From contig NMRA01000033.1 in NCBI GenBank assembly GCA_002633005.1, positions 1,292,797-1,356,796 on the forward strand: 64,000 bases of DNA. Direction: 5' to 3'. Under the pieces are notes generated by a model that saw only the letters and a list, made by a program, of their open reading frames with translations, did not search any database and was not told the origin of the DNA. This stretch comes from Phoronis australis. Taxonomy: Eukaryota; Animalia; Phoronida. Shown one piece after another: positions 10,926 to 24,800 of this stretch. Numbering within the stretch: the first letter of the stretch is position 1; the number at the start of each line of letters is the position of its first letter. The position numbers and the translations under genes are program-made.

Positions 10926-13900
10926 CAGTGGCAGATCTACTGGGGGTTTAGGGGGATTAAACCCCCCTCCTCTTGGGCCAGGACCCAAAAATAAAAAACA
11001 CAACAACGTCTCCAGCAAAACGAAAACGGCACCGCCAGCGTGTGTAAACCCTAAATAAACCAAATTGAGGGGGGAGAGGTTCACTCTGAAAATATATTTT
11101 TTTGCATTGTGAATTGCTGAGTCATCGTGGCTCATCGGCAAAACGCGCGGAGATCAATCGTGCGCGCGCTTCCGTCGACGCTTCTGAAGTAGACAAGCAT
11201 TTTAGATGGATCGACCGCTGACCGGAAAGAGCAGTTCTATAGCGGATTTCTTTAGGTAACTAGCTTCTTTACTCTAAGATATGTTTGGATTTGATTAGGG
11301 GAAATACTGTGGTGCCGCAATCCTGACATTCAGGCGAATTGACGTGCAACGTTTTTACCTCATCTGTCACGCCGTGCTATTATACTCCACACGTTTGTAT
11401 TTCGAATTTCACTGATGTATAGTAAAGTTGTCTTGCGCAATATCATACAGTGTACATGTACATGTAATATTTTTGAAAAAAAATCTTTTTCCGAAGAAAT
11501 GCTATTGTGGCGGTCGCCGTGGTCTGGTGGCGAGTCCGTTTGAAGATATACTCTAACAAGTTATGTCTATACAAGGAATGACCAAGGGGGCACTCACATT
11601 GACAAAGTGACCGCATTCGCGAGCAGTGTACAGTACCAGAAATTGCGGGGAGGCTGTTCTTTTACAAGAAAGTCTTGCGGGACTCGTGCAATGTCATTAG
11701 ACCTCCTATTTCCGACCTCAACAGCTACCGTCTTTCTACCTGCAATAAGCACACTGCCGTCTTCTATACCGGGAGTTTCCGCAGAAAGGCCCACCCGATG
11801 AAACGCTCATGTCCATGGGCATTTATTTGATGTCAGTACTTCGGGTTTCAAGCGTTCAGACATTGGGACGTTTATTTCGAAAATTGCAAGAGATGCAAAT
11901 AGGTCCAGGGATACATCGCCAGTGGCGGATCTACGTTTTCAGCAAGGGGGGGTTTAGGATTCCCGCCAAGGTCGAATACTAGGCGCGTGGCGCCGAGCGG
12001 GAGGAGGTCGGGAGGGGGGTTTCCCCTCCCGTGTAAGCTATTTTTTGTTTTTGTAGCCAAATAGTGAAATTTCCATGCATCCTGGAAAGTTTCTGGCACT
12101 TAACATGTCTCTGGAGTTTTTCTTAAGATAATTAAAAACCCTTCTCGATTTCGTCACATGAACTTGGCACATACGTTTCGTGAAACCATATTGTGCACAT
12201 CTGGGTATGAGTCACGCCACCAGCAAAAATTTTTGTTGGAACATCTGCTGACACACACCTTTTTTAGCATACGAAAAGTCGTATACGAAAAAGTGTGGTG
12301 TGTATACATGGGTTAAGACAGTTTCCAAATATTCAAGAGCATAATTAAGGAGCACCGACGGGGCGTAAAAACTTGAATATCAGATGATCGCATAACAGCA
12401 GCCTCAAGTTGATTAAGAACGAAGACCTGTACTGTTAGTCCGGAAATAAACATGTCTCGTTCTGACGAGAAAAACTGGCGAACGATGGTGCTCTCAACTC
12501 ATATTCTATTATCAAAAGCGACAATAAATAATTAGGTATCACTTTATTAAGCTGAATCACGTTGACAACAATTGAAAAACGTCAAATCTATCAGGAAACA
12601 AATCATCTGAAAACAGTTTCACGAAACCAAAACATCCTGTGCACAGTGGTGAAAAGATACACTGGACTAGTTTGCAGAGGGACCAGATGTACACTGAGAG
12701 TACACAAAAAGCTGACCTGGTCCGTCACGAGACCAAGAGTGCACCTGTGCTTATCATCCCTATACAAATAGTCGATCTGTCGCGGGATCAAACAGTACTG
12801 GCTGAGATAAATAGTTTTACAAAGCACACTTTGGTAAAAAATCTCAAGACTATTTCGCCGAGGGACCAGAAGTACACGGAAACTCAACATCTACACAAAT
12901 CAAGCTGGCCTGGTCCGTCGCGAGACCTAAAGTGTACTATGCAAAAAATTTTGAATTGAAAACTTCTTTCTAAAATTTTAATCCCCAGTGGTTACTCATA
13001 CGTTAGTCCTATCCTTCTGTTGTCTAGACCGCCGAGGAATTTGTATATCGGATCCAATGATTTGCTCGTCTTGGAACCATTCGACCCAGATATCTTCGAT
13101 GTTTGTTCCCAACGCTTGCACTTCGTCAACTGCTGTGTCAATGAGCTTGTAAGCCTCTACAATGTCAGACTCTCGTTTCGCAGCTCAGTTGACACTAAGA
13201 CCCTTGAGGTTGCCAAGTCCATTCGAAAGACTTACATGCGCAACTAAATTTAATCCTTTCATCATGGACTACTTCAAACCTTGACGAAGCATCCCAGGAC
13301 CTATTTGCATCTCTTGCAATTTTCGAAATAAACGTTGCAATGTCTGTACGCTTGAAACCCGAAGTACTAATATCAAATAAATGCCCATGGGTATGAGCGT
13401 TTCATCGGGTGAGCCTCTCTGCGGAAATTCCCAGTATAGAAGACGGCAGTGTGCTTATTGCAGGTAGACAGACGGTAGGTGTTGAGGTCGGAACTAGGGC
13501 TCCTTAGGAGGCCTATTGAACATCGCACGAGTCTCGCAAGACTTTGTTGTGAAAGAACAGCCTCCCCGCAATTTCTGGTACTGTACGCTTTTCGCGAATG
13601 CGGTCACTTTCACAATGTGGGTGCCCCCTTGGTCATTCCTTGTATAGACATAACTTGTTATAGAGTGTGTCTTCAAACGGACTCGCGACCAGAGCACGGC
13701 GCCCGCCACAATAGCAATTCTTCGGAAAAAGAATTTTTTTCAAAAATATTACATGTACATGTACACAATATTACATGTACACTGTATGATATTGCGCAAG
13801 ACAACTTTACATCAGTTACAAACGTGGAGTTTAATAGAATGACACGGCATGACAGATGAGGTAAAAACGTTGCACGTCAATTCGCCTGAATATCAGGGTT

Positions 13901-15560
13901 GCGGCACCGCAGTAATTCCCCTAATCAAATCAAAACATATCTTAGAGTAATAAGCTAGTTACCTAAAGAAATCAGCTATAGAACTGCTCTTTCAGCGGTG
14001 AATCCATCTAAAATGCTTGGCTACTTCAGAAGTGTCGACGGAAGCGCGCGCACAATAAATCCCTGTTTTGCCGATGAGCAACAAAGACTCAGCAATTCAA
14101 AATGCAAAAAACTATATTTTCAGAGTGAACCCCCCTCTCAATTTTTTCCAAGTTGGTTTACTTGGGGTTTACACACGCTGGCAGTGCCGTTTTTGTTTTG
14201 CTGGAGACGCTTTTGTTTTTTTTTTTTAATTTTTGGGTCCTGGCCCGAAGGGGGGTTTAAACCCCCTGAACCCCCCCCCCCGTAGATCCGCCACTGATCG
14301 CCAAGGTTTGAAGTAGTCCATGATGAACGGATCAAATTTGGCTGCGCATGTAAGTCTTTTGAATGGACTTGGCAACCTCAAATGTCTTACTGCCAACTGA
14401 GCTGCGAAAGGAGATACTGGCATTGTAAAGGCTTGCAAGCTCATTGACACAGCAGTTGACGAAGTGCAAGCGTTGTGAACAAACATCAAAGATATCTGGG
14501 TAGAATGGTTCCAAGACGAGCAGACCATTGGGTACGATATATATGGATTCCTCGGCAGTCTAGACCACAGAAGGATAGGACAATGTATGAGTAACCACTG
14601 GGGATTAAAAAGTGTCTAGAGAGAATTTTTTTTGCATAATACACTTTAGGTCTCACGACGGACCAGGTCAGCTTGATTTGTGTAGATATTGAGTTTCAGT
14701 GTACTTCTGGTCGCTCGGCGAACTAGTTTATGCCTTGTGATTTTTTTACCAAAGTGTGCTTTGTAAAACTATTTATCTCAGCCAGTACTGTTTGGTCCCG
14801 CGACAGATACACTATTTTATAGGGATAATAAGCACAGGTGTACTCTTGGTCTCGTGACGGACCAGGTCAGCCTTTTTGTGTACTCTCAGTGTACATTTGG
14901 TCCCTCTGCAAACTGGTCCAGTATATCTTTTCATCACTGTGCACAGGAATTTTTGGTTTCGTGAACCTATTTTCAGATGATTTGTTTCCTGATACATTTG
15001 ACGTTTTTCAATTGTTGTCAACGTGATTCAGCTTAATAAAGTGATACTTAATTATTTATTGTCGCTTTTAATAATAGACTATGAGCTGAGAGCCCCATCG
15101 TTGGCCAGTTTTTCTCGTAACGAGACAGAACACATGTTTATTTCCGGACTAACAATACAGGTCTTCGTTCTTAAACAACTTGAGGCTGCTGTTACGCGAC
15201 CATCTGATATTCAAGTTTTTACTCCCCGTCGGTGCTCCTTATGCTTTTGAATATTTGGAAGTTGTCTAAACCCCTGTATACACACCACACTTTTTCGTAT
15301 GTTACTTTTCGTATGCTAAAAAAGGTGTGTGTATGCAGATGTTCCAACAAAAATTTTTGCTGGTGGCGTGACTCATACCCAGATGTGCACAATATGGTTT
15401 CATGAAACCTAAGAGCCAAGTTCATGTGACGAAATCGAGAAGGGTTTTAAATTACCTTAAGAAAAACTCCAGAGACATGTTAAGTGCCAGAAACTTACCA
15501 GGATGCATGGAAATTTCACTATTTGGCTACAAAAACAAAAAATGTCTAACACGGGAGGGG
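10926..15560 (+). mobile_element. Outer copy of a ~2.4-kb non-autonomous CAGTGG-ended DNA transposon, interrupted by an inverted copy of itself; right end truncated
   Basis: 10926-11914 is the reverse complement of about 13290-14296, and 14302-15560 is the reverse complement of about 12020-13283. Left end CAGTGGCAGATCTAC. Confidence 0.85.
11920..14296 (-). mobile_element. Intact 2377-bp non-autonomous DNA transposon, 16-bp TIRs, 5-bp TSD (hAT5-like)
   Basis: TIR CAGTGGCGGATCTACG / CGTAGATCCGCCACTG. TSD ATCGC at 11915-11919 and 14297-14301. Confidence 0.9.
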
Positions 15561-15619
15561 GGTTTCTCCCCGGAACATCAAAGTTTCTTTGGTAGTGCGT
15601 TGAAGCTAGATTAAGTGAT

Positions 15620-15718
15620 AGAATGCTGTAGCTGAGCTTGAAGTGCTGGTTCTATGAAGCATGAGAATGCAGTAGCTGAGCTAGAAGTGCTGGTTCTATG
15701 AAGCATGAGAATGCTGTA
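15620..15718. repeat. Tandem duplication, ~44-bp unit, ~2.2 copies
   Basis: AGAATGC(T/A)GTAGCTGAGCT(T/A)GAAGTGCTGGTTCTATGAAGCATG repeated. Confidence 0.9.
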
Positions 15719-17154
15719 AGAGAGTCATATATGCGGTCGGAAATACGTAAAGTCAATTAGAGATAATTGCGGCATTTTTCAAAAGCTTTATGATTCTAGG
15801 AATAGAAAAACATAAATTAGACTCCAGTACAACCATTTCTGGGATCTGTATTGAGGAGTATTTTTGTTAACGTTTTCGGGACACAGTTTACGTCCATGCA
15901 AACAACGAAGCTGTCTGCATCGTTTGCACAGTCAAATTTCAGTTTTGTTTCATTACCTGCTCGGGCCCGTTAACTTCTTGTTGCCAACAAAAATTAAACT
16001 AACATGATGTCATCTCCCTGGCACACCTAGACCTACCAGATGTAGTCGAGCAACGTGACGGGCTTAGAGGGTATTCCAGTTGAGTTGTGTATAAATACTC
16101 TACATCAAAGGTCTCAGGACGAAAGTTGCGTTCCACATAACTATTTCTGAAAAATAATTGAACGTCACTTGAACAAAATAAATACAAGCTACTGAGAGGA
16201 TTTTTTATTAATTATTTTTAGACTGGGATGCGCTCAAAATTATTTGGCCAAATATAGCGTTCAGTAATTGTGAACTGAGAGCGTAAGATACAGTTTCTGT
16301 TCCAAGTCTTAGGCCACTTTTCAAGAAACAGATCCCTGAGTTGAAAAGTCGAATGTTGTGCTTGTTCAAATATTATGTATTTGATAGTGGAATATATCCA
16401 GAGCAAGCAGTGGACTAGTCGAATGATGATCCATTTCTTAGAGAGCGGGTAACAGACGAATCCAAATTTATAAAATTGACCCAAATTGAAACATAGGAAT
16501 GCTTTTTCAATCTGCTGACACAAGTTTGCCGGTGACTTAGTCCACATTCCCTTGCTTGGTTTGGTGGCCACTCAGTATCGATTGAGTTGTCAAGCTTGAA
16601 CTACCTGCTATTTTGGGACGATATGGTCATTTCCTTGGACTGCAATCACAAAGACTTCATGAAACTAATCACAAGGTTATCGTCAGATTTTTACTAGCCA
16701 TACAATAAAAAATTGAGAATTGCCTCTGGAAATTTTCGACGGTAATTGACTGGCTGTCATCTTCCTCAGTAATGATTACCACTAGGTGGAGCTCTAGATA
16801 AATGTATGGTGTAAATAGGGCTTATAGGTGTAGGGAACCCTCTTTGCCGTTCATGCACTTAGGCGTCTGTCTGCTGTAAATAGACCACTGTATTTTGCGT
16901 TTGTAGTCGTTGGCCTCTTGGCATATTAGGTTACTGTTCTCCCAGTTTATCACAAGGATTTCTTACACTGCGTGATCAGCTCATCGAAACATTCCTCTCA
17001 CACCTGGTGACGCTGGAAAAAATCTTGTCATGAATAGGACTCCTTTTAAAGTGGACATGAGACAATTGACCCTCAGGGCGTCAAATCTATGGGTCAATTT
17101 GGAGAACATGTTTTTTGTATCCTTTTTCAATTTGTTCCCGTGTCCACCGACAGG

Positions 17155-17285
17155 TCGGATTTTCCAAACCGGTTTGGTTTTGCGAGTTAGGTTTGATTTT
17201 TCAAACACGATTGATTTTTACGAATTAGGTTTGATTTTTACCAATTAGGTTTTCATTGATTTTTAACAATTAGGCTTGATTTTTC
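17155..17285. repeat. Degenerate ~20-bp tandem repeat
   Basis: Repeated TTAGGTTTGATTTTT units. Confidence 0.7.
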
Positions 17286-20200
17286 TAATAACTATTTTTC
17301 CCTCTCCGCGACCCATAGCCGTTCCAATCACTCGTCCGGTTGAGACCAACTTGCTAGTATTCCCTTAGGCATCTTATGGTCGCGAGCTCAGCCGTGGAAC
17401 TTTAGTGAGGCCTTGCGTTACATTACTTTATCTCACCAAACTCGCAAGAAGCGAAACACACGCCTTGTTCGTAATGTTTCCCATATCGGTATTTATTCTT
17501 TCCCCAAATGAACTGTATCGACAAACCAGCCTTCTGAGAGCTCATTAGTGCCACACCTGCCACAAACACGATTTCACGAAAGAAAATGGAACTGTGGCTT
17601 CGTGCATTCTTCTCGACAGACTGGTTAGTACACGACCTATTAGGAAGGGTGCGTCTTGTAGGCCGTAGCAGAATGAAAAACGATGGCACAGAGTCTTTCC
17701 AGAATGATTAGGCTACGACCAATAGGGAAAACATTATCTTTATGGTGTGCGCCTTCTCGTAGGTTTTTTGCTACTTGTAACAAAGGAAACGTTTCGTACA
17801 ATGCATTTTACTCCTCCAACAATTGAAATAAGCACACTGCGGCACATTGTTGGTGGTGACTCGCAGGCAGAATTTTGAAACACGTTTGGGCTCACGTGGA
17901 CATTTTGCTTTCATCATCCGGCATGTAGATTCACTAGTGTGACTAAAGCAGCGATGGTTTGTGCACATGAAATGCAACGTCATATTTTTTGCTTTGAACC
18001 AGTAGTTGAAGCGGGTAGCAAGTATCTGCTTGGAGGTTGAAAATTGAAATGAAAAACGTGATTACAGACTTTTTGATTACAGCCAGTGAGAATCTTTACA
18101 AGGGAGCTTTCTGTACGTAAGTATAATCAACCATCAAGTTAAAGTAATTATTAAATTTCCCTAACAAGTCTGGAATGACACCGGTATATGCAAATGGAGC
18201 GCGTTCACGTGTCTCACTCAAATGAGTGAACAACATGTTGTCATACTTGTCGCGCAGACACTCTTGCTAGGCAAGGTTTCACAAAAATCGGTCATTTCAT
18301 GAGTAACTATAAAGTTTGGTGCAACCCAATTCATGAACGGGAACGAGATGTGGAAACTGAGCGACCGGGGATCGAAATAGTGGATGGATCGGGAAACGAG
18401 AGGGGAGTATCGGTGACTAGAGTGTTGAAATCAGGAATTACTAACGGCGATTGGGAGAACAGGTATTCACCCAGAAAAGGCCTGATGTCGACGCGGACAA
18501 GACCGTCAAGCAATGCACCATTTTACTCTTGCGTGAGCCCCCCACCTCCTCAAAGGAGATTTGGAACCCCATCAAATTTTGTACAAATGTAGGCCTTATT
18601 CATGCCGATAAGTTCACGAGGGCTGGTTTACTTGCACATGATCTGCGCGAATGCAAATGATATCGACGGCACCCACTGGCTGTGTTTTTCAAGTGACTGG
18701 GATTAACAATATGACGTTACCGATTTCCACCAACAGGGGGCGGTAGTATTTTTCTGCACAATATGCATTGTGTTAATCGAGCATAACGCTGCACTAAAAA
18801 TGTTCATTATGTTCAATCGATAAGGAAATGTTGAAACTGAGCCCTTTATCAGGATGCGTGGGTATTAACTACTTCATATACTCTAAACCGGACGGGTACA
18901 GCAGGAACTTAAGCGAACGAGCTTGTTGTTGTTGCTGTTGTCGTTGTTGCTATTGAAATGACGCTGCCTGGAATACACTTAACACAGGCATGGGAGTGAC
19001 ACTCAACAAGCGAAGCAGAGGTAGGACGTTGGCTGTATTCTCCATCGCTCTGCGCGGCAACTGAATTTGGTTATATGGCCAGAATCACATGAATTCATGT
19101 TTACTCAACGTTTCGCTTTTTAGATTATCAGCTGTTCAATATTATTACCATGTGAAAGGGATCAGTAGCATCACCTGCTTATGCTGTGCGTTCTGACAAC
19201 ACTTTCAAGATTCACGAGAAAATTTTTGTGAAGGTTGTTCCTTAAGTCTGCACCAACACAGTTTCCCAAAGTTGGATGTTAAAGGAATTGGCTTCGGAAA
19301 ACGTCCTTTGGTACTTAATAGCCAACAAAGATTTAATGTGTAACGGAATAACTGGGTGTCGTTTTACCAAAAAACTCCACCCGTACGTTTGCATAGCAAA
19401 CACTTATCCAGGGGTTCATTTACTCTCGGTTCCGTTCCTGTGTAGCGTTTTGTGCTTCCTTTGCAAACATGTTGTACATACAATGCACATTCGTGTTACA
19501 ATAGCGGCGCATACGCGAACAATGTCCAAAACGAATTGCAAAAACAGTCTGGACCGCAGAACGTGAACTAATTCGTTTGGGGGACATTAATTCAATCACA
19601 GTGTTCGTGTGCGACATTAAAACATGTACAACACAACAAATCGGTCATTTATTTATAAAGAAACACTTTATGTCGACTGTGCCTATTCAAACATTATCGA
19701 TCACTTTTTCTAAATGCCGTCTTAGGTTTACAATTACAAAATGTACGAGTGCGGTAGAAGACCACACTACTACCAATCTACATGCTTTACAAAATACGTA
19801 GTAAGCTCCACTCCAAGTAACACAAATAAAACAGAATTTAAGAAGTGTAGTTACATCTTAACGTGCATACATCGGACAGTTTACCTGAGCCTTTCCGTGG
19901 TCACGTTCTCATAGGACCACATTTGTAGCTTTTGCAAAATACGTCTTACGACAAAGAAACTAACTTTTAATTTAGACCAGTTACCGCTGTAAACTTAGTC
20001 TAGAATTTTCCTTACAGAGATGAGAAATGATTTGTTTTGGACTTGCAATAAACTGATCTTTTGTTATTATTGAAGACTACACTTGGCTCATAAACGGACC
20101 TTTCGTTACAACTCAACTTGTAGAGGCTGGTCTCACGTAATTACGAACCCTTTTTACAAAACCAGAAATCCCATCTAATTTGACTCGTGTACAATTTCAA

Positions 20201-21041
20201 AAATTTCAGAAAGGTAAATGGTCGAAATCAAAAGACGATTTAAATTAAAGATTAGTCAGAGAAATACGTTTATTTTCAATAATAGAACAGGTCTCAGCGG
20301 GACAAAAATCCTTGGTGCTCTGCGCAACAAAAATAATGGTGCTTTTGTTATTCCAAGAACCCCACAACTTGTTTTCCAAGCCATAGAATTTAGAAGAAAA
20401 GTCTGCACTGGATTCGCAGTGTAGAAAGATGACGACTGCATTTCTTATATTAGAGCAACACAACCGGCCCCGGCGCCTTATATATGTCACGTGCACCTCT
20501 ATGCTCAAATTGCTCGCTGTAGAAAATTTACTAAATATCAGTTGTTTAGAAAATCGCTGTTAATTATACTGAGTCTGCACAGCTGAACTCTTTTGATGCC
20601 AAAAAGCGACACTTTAAACTTATGATGCGTTACACCATAAACGTTGGGGTTCGTGGATTAAGAAAAAGACTTATCTGTTCCCAATTATCTTATGTTTCAC
20701 AGTACTTGTGTGAGCATTTTGATAGGCCTTGTATGGAAATTCGCGCTACCAAAAGATGCTCGCTGAGTACTATTTCAGCTTTTTCATTGCCTGCAGGAAC
20801 AAAGCGAACGGCCCTTCGTCCTTGCACCACCACTAGCTTATTTTGTAGCCATGGCAACCATCAAGGTTATGTAATACATGTCTTGTTTTTTATAATACTT
20901 AAAGGAGAATGCCACCCGATTTAATTAGTTTTTTATATCACCTCGTACATGGTCGATCTTACCTCGTCGAGAGGTGTCGCGTTAACATGTGACAAAGGTG
21001 AGAAACGACGCAGCGACGTCAGTTGTTCTTCTGCAGAGTGA

Positions 21042-21391
21042 GTGCCGCCACGGTGTGGTGAATCGTTCCCGCTTATGCGAAGTATGAAGCTGCGAGGAAA
21101 GTGGGTGTATCGTTTTTTTTTCGATTTCCTCAACAGTCTGTAATGCTTCGGAAGTGGTTTGCCGCAGTGAAGAATGAAAAGTACGCCGTTAATACCAGGA
21201 ATGAGGCCGTGAAACATCTCCGTGTCTTTGTCGGGCATTTCGTCGACAGTGATTTCACTAACGAATGCCGCCGGGCTTACCAAGCAGCTCATGCTAGGGC
21301 AGAAAAAGAGACTGGGGCTGAAGTCAGATGCTGTACGTACTGTGCTTGCGTTCGGCAGGCAGGAAACGAAGAAACCCGGATCAGTTGTTGA
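21042..21391 (+). pseudogene. THAP zinc-finger remnant (N-terminus of the Kolobok transposase)
   Basis: PPRC...GVSFFFRFPQQSVMLRKWFAAVK...HLRVF.GHFVDSDF...LKSDAV(R/P)TV matches the THAP pattern. Frameshifted. Confidence 0.75.
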
Positions 21392-21479
21392 TCAGTTTTT
21401 GATTATGGAGAACTGTAGTTGGCCATGAAAACATAAACAATTACAATTAATTCAATCCATGAGAACATAACGTTTTACA

Positions 21480-21860
21480 TAACCTGTTTGATGACTTACT
21501 CGTTCGTCAGACTTCAGTTTAGTCCTCTGGGTGTAGGATATGTTTTCCCCAGTTCTTTTTCCCAGCCATAAAATCGTTGTAAGAACACCTCTGTTCAGAT
21601 GAGGTGCAAAATCAGGATAGTTCGTGTCTGCGCTTCTATAAGAAGGCGTTTCGCTTGCGGAGTTTCGTGGTAGCAAACGCAAGCGTCAGTCGTTTCTGTT
21701 ATCGTGCAGTTAGCGCACTGACACCATGACAAGTCATTTAAACGGTTTTTTAAGCTATCCATATGTTCCGTTGTCTGTGCACGTTCACAGTGGTTCTCTA
21801 GTATTTCTTGATCAGTGTATTCCGTTTCGAACTGATAGCCTGTGAAACCTAACGATCGAC
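21480..21860 (-). pseudogene. KolX / P2X7 cytoplasmic ballast-like remnant
   Basis: GYQFE..Y, RLNDLSWCQCANC...T.DACVCYHE, then .PDF...LNRGVL. This Cys cluster is typical of KolX and P2X7 C-terminal domains. Confidence 0.7.
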
Positions 21861-24800
21861 CTGTGAAGTGGATGAGCACTCGTCTAAGTCGGGATGCGAG
21901 TTGCCGTTTATTATTGTGCCTTCTGTTTCAGAATCATTTATTTTTACCCTAACCAATGCTTCTATAAAACTGAAACAAAGTCTGTCTCATTAGATACAAT
22001 TTGTAATTCCTTTGGAGTGTTCGTTAGTGCAAATGTTTTGAGAAGCCAACAATGAATACATCACTGCTTTATCGGCTTTAGATGCAATAAAGCTAATTGA
22101 CCAGGCACCGAGGCAGTGTGAGCTCATGCTGACACGAAGCTGTTGAGAAACAAAAACTCGATTTTATATCCTATGGTCAGATATTAGGGGAATCTGTATT
22201 TAGCTATACATATACATTATTCGAATCATTGTTACTGTACAACGTTTGCCCTGACGGTTCTGTGGAAGGGGAAACTGACTTCGCGGCCCCCGACGAGAAA
22301 GTAGATTTGCAGTTTCGCGTATAGTCTTTTCGTGACTGGAAGTTTAGCTTCCAACTTTGGCTGGTTTATGTTCGCGATGTCTTCAGTCCGGCTGCGACGG
22401 GCCTGATCGGAATTCGAGCCATTGTCCGGGAGAACAAGCGGTTGTGTGTTTAGAACTAAGAAATTTTCAAGATTAGTCTAAAATTACAACATACATCAAT
22501 GCTCTCCTGTTTATATTTCACGGAAGAATAATACGAATTTATCACCTAACAGACTCCAAACTCCCGCGACCGACCTTGGTAAATTGGCCTACCGAACTCT
22601 GTAGGCTACGGTACGTGCAAATACCTATAAATCCGTAACAGAGAAATAAAACAACACGTTTTTTCAATAACACGATATGTTTTTAAGGATTTTACATTGA
22701 ATTATGATGATTTATTAGTGTAAAACGATCAATTCAAGCAATAAACTGACACCAGTAAGCGTGTTTTGAACCGCTGAACAGACTGAGTTCGAACCTGTGA
22801 CGTCATTGGTTAATTTCAACACATCCGTCTGCCGTAAAGTGTCAGGTGAAAGAACTGGTACTTGCTGTTATCAAATGGAACTACTCGTTCTAAATTGATA
22901 CAAAATAGGTTGTTTTGGGGTGGCATTCTCCTTTAACACTCAAGAGTTGCTGGTAGTGTGTTGAACTCGAAAATATTTTGGCATTTTCTACTTCAATACG
23001 AACTCAAAATAATTTTGTACTTGATTACATTATGGCTTACAAGGACGAATTGTGTAATTGATCCACAGACACATTTTTTCTAAAATGAATCCTGATGTCC
23101 CGTGAGCCATTTTCACGGCGCCTTTCAAAGAAACAGCCGGTGACGTCGCCGCCTCAATTTCTGTTTGCTTTAATTTGCAGCCTTTTTAGGAATCGGAGAT
23201 TTGTAACAAAATCAGAAATTCACAGCAGATTTTGCTCTGGATAAAGCTAATATCTTCAAAAAATCAGCTCTAGCCAAAAATATCCCCCGAAATTCGTTTT
23301 GGGACGCAAAACTATTGTGTCTATTTAAAAAACGACTTAGGGACATAGCTGTGCGTTTAAGTATCAGCTGTTGGTGAACGAATAAAAGGCACGCTAAATA
23401 AACCAAATATGTTTTGTTTAGTGTGTCAACGTTGGTCAATATTTGATGACGACAATGCGAACCCGATACTGAATTTTTAATCATTGTTAACATCGGCCCT
23501 CTGGGGAATGAAAGAATTAATATTCAAAGAAAATTTACATAAGGTCACATTTCTCGCGCTGCACTGCATTAGCACACTGTACCATTTTAACGCAGATATA
23601 CTACTCAAATAAATATCAGACGCAAGCGTTTTCCTTCAGGGTCGGTCCTCAGCTTGGAGTCGTATGTGTTTCGCGACAGTTATATTTAAACCATATCAAC
23701 ATTCAGACCTAGCTTCAAATCCTGCAAAGGTCTTGGGTGCTTCTCGGTCCTGGTGTATTCAGTTCAGCTGTGTTTCATCAATTTCTTTGAAAATTGAATA
23801 TGACGGACCAACAATGTATTCCATGTGGTACGTATTTTGTTTGAGAACCTATTCTTCTATTAAAAACGAGTGTATGATCCAGATTGTACATGGGTTTTTT
23901 ATATTTTTTATAGAACTATTTGTTTCCAGCTTGGGGGCCCCTTTCAGAATTGGGGACCTTTTCATTGCAGACTGTGTTTATCTCTTGTTGCCAATTTTGC
24001 CCTAATTTCTGCACAGTTTTCAGCATCCGGTTATTGAAATTGCGCGCGCAGGCCCTGGTTTGAGTTGACGCATAATTGATTTCCGTCGAAAATATTGCTC
24101 TCAGTATATTAAACTGAACCATGATGAAACAAGTTTTCAATAGAGTTTTTGATTGTAGAAATAATCGAAATCTCGTCTTTGAACACAAAGCTTTGCTTGA
24201 GTGGGCCTCTAAGTACCACTTAATAGTTAATACTAGCTTCGTGTATCTGAATATCTGTACTTCTCCACCCTCACTAATTTTACCGTTAAGGCCTAAGCGT
24301 TTGCAAACGTTGGCCGTATTACAACCTGCCACGTGCAAAAGGATAATTATCTCGACGACTCGTCGACATAATTAAAATATTTATACAGATAAATTGTTGA
24401 TATGAACTTCCGAATAGTAACCCGAGTAACCCGTCTACTGGTATCATTTCAATCCTTTGATACATTCAACGCACGTAAGCATTTCGTTCCCTTGATGCGT
24501 GACGATATATAGCACGTCCACGGACGTTTGTGAGATCGAACCCACATACACCATTTGTCAAGTGATACCCGCGCTTCTCCTTTTATTTTTGAGTATTCCA
24601 TCTTTTTGCGCGCTAGTCCCTTTTGAGTAGACTGTGTAATTTTTTATATCTTTTTGTTCCCTGCTTCATTATTTTCCCATCAACTAAAAACAAGCAACTG
24701 CCTGCTTATCGAAGATATTTCAGAATTTCAGGCCCATTGAAGAGTAGCTCGTCTGAAAAATACATAGAAACTACTGATAAGAGCGTTTCGGTGAAACGTA

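Larger units (their letters stand above)
20903..22932 (+). mobile_element. Kolobok DNA transposon, internally deleted (2030 bp)
   Basis: 15-bp TIR AGGAGAATGCCACCC / GGGTGGCATTCTCCT. TTAA TSDs at 20899-20902 and 22933-22936. Convergent THAP and KolX-like remnants inside. Confidence 0.9.

Noticed and set aside
11594-15614. Many 60-126-aa ORFs in mirrored pairs
   Set aside because: By-products of the nested inverted element; the frames are not conserved between copies.
19270-20510. Cys-rich and RG.L-containing minus-strand fragments, possibly transposase remnants
   Set aside because: Too degenerate to assign by eye.
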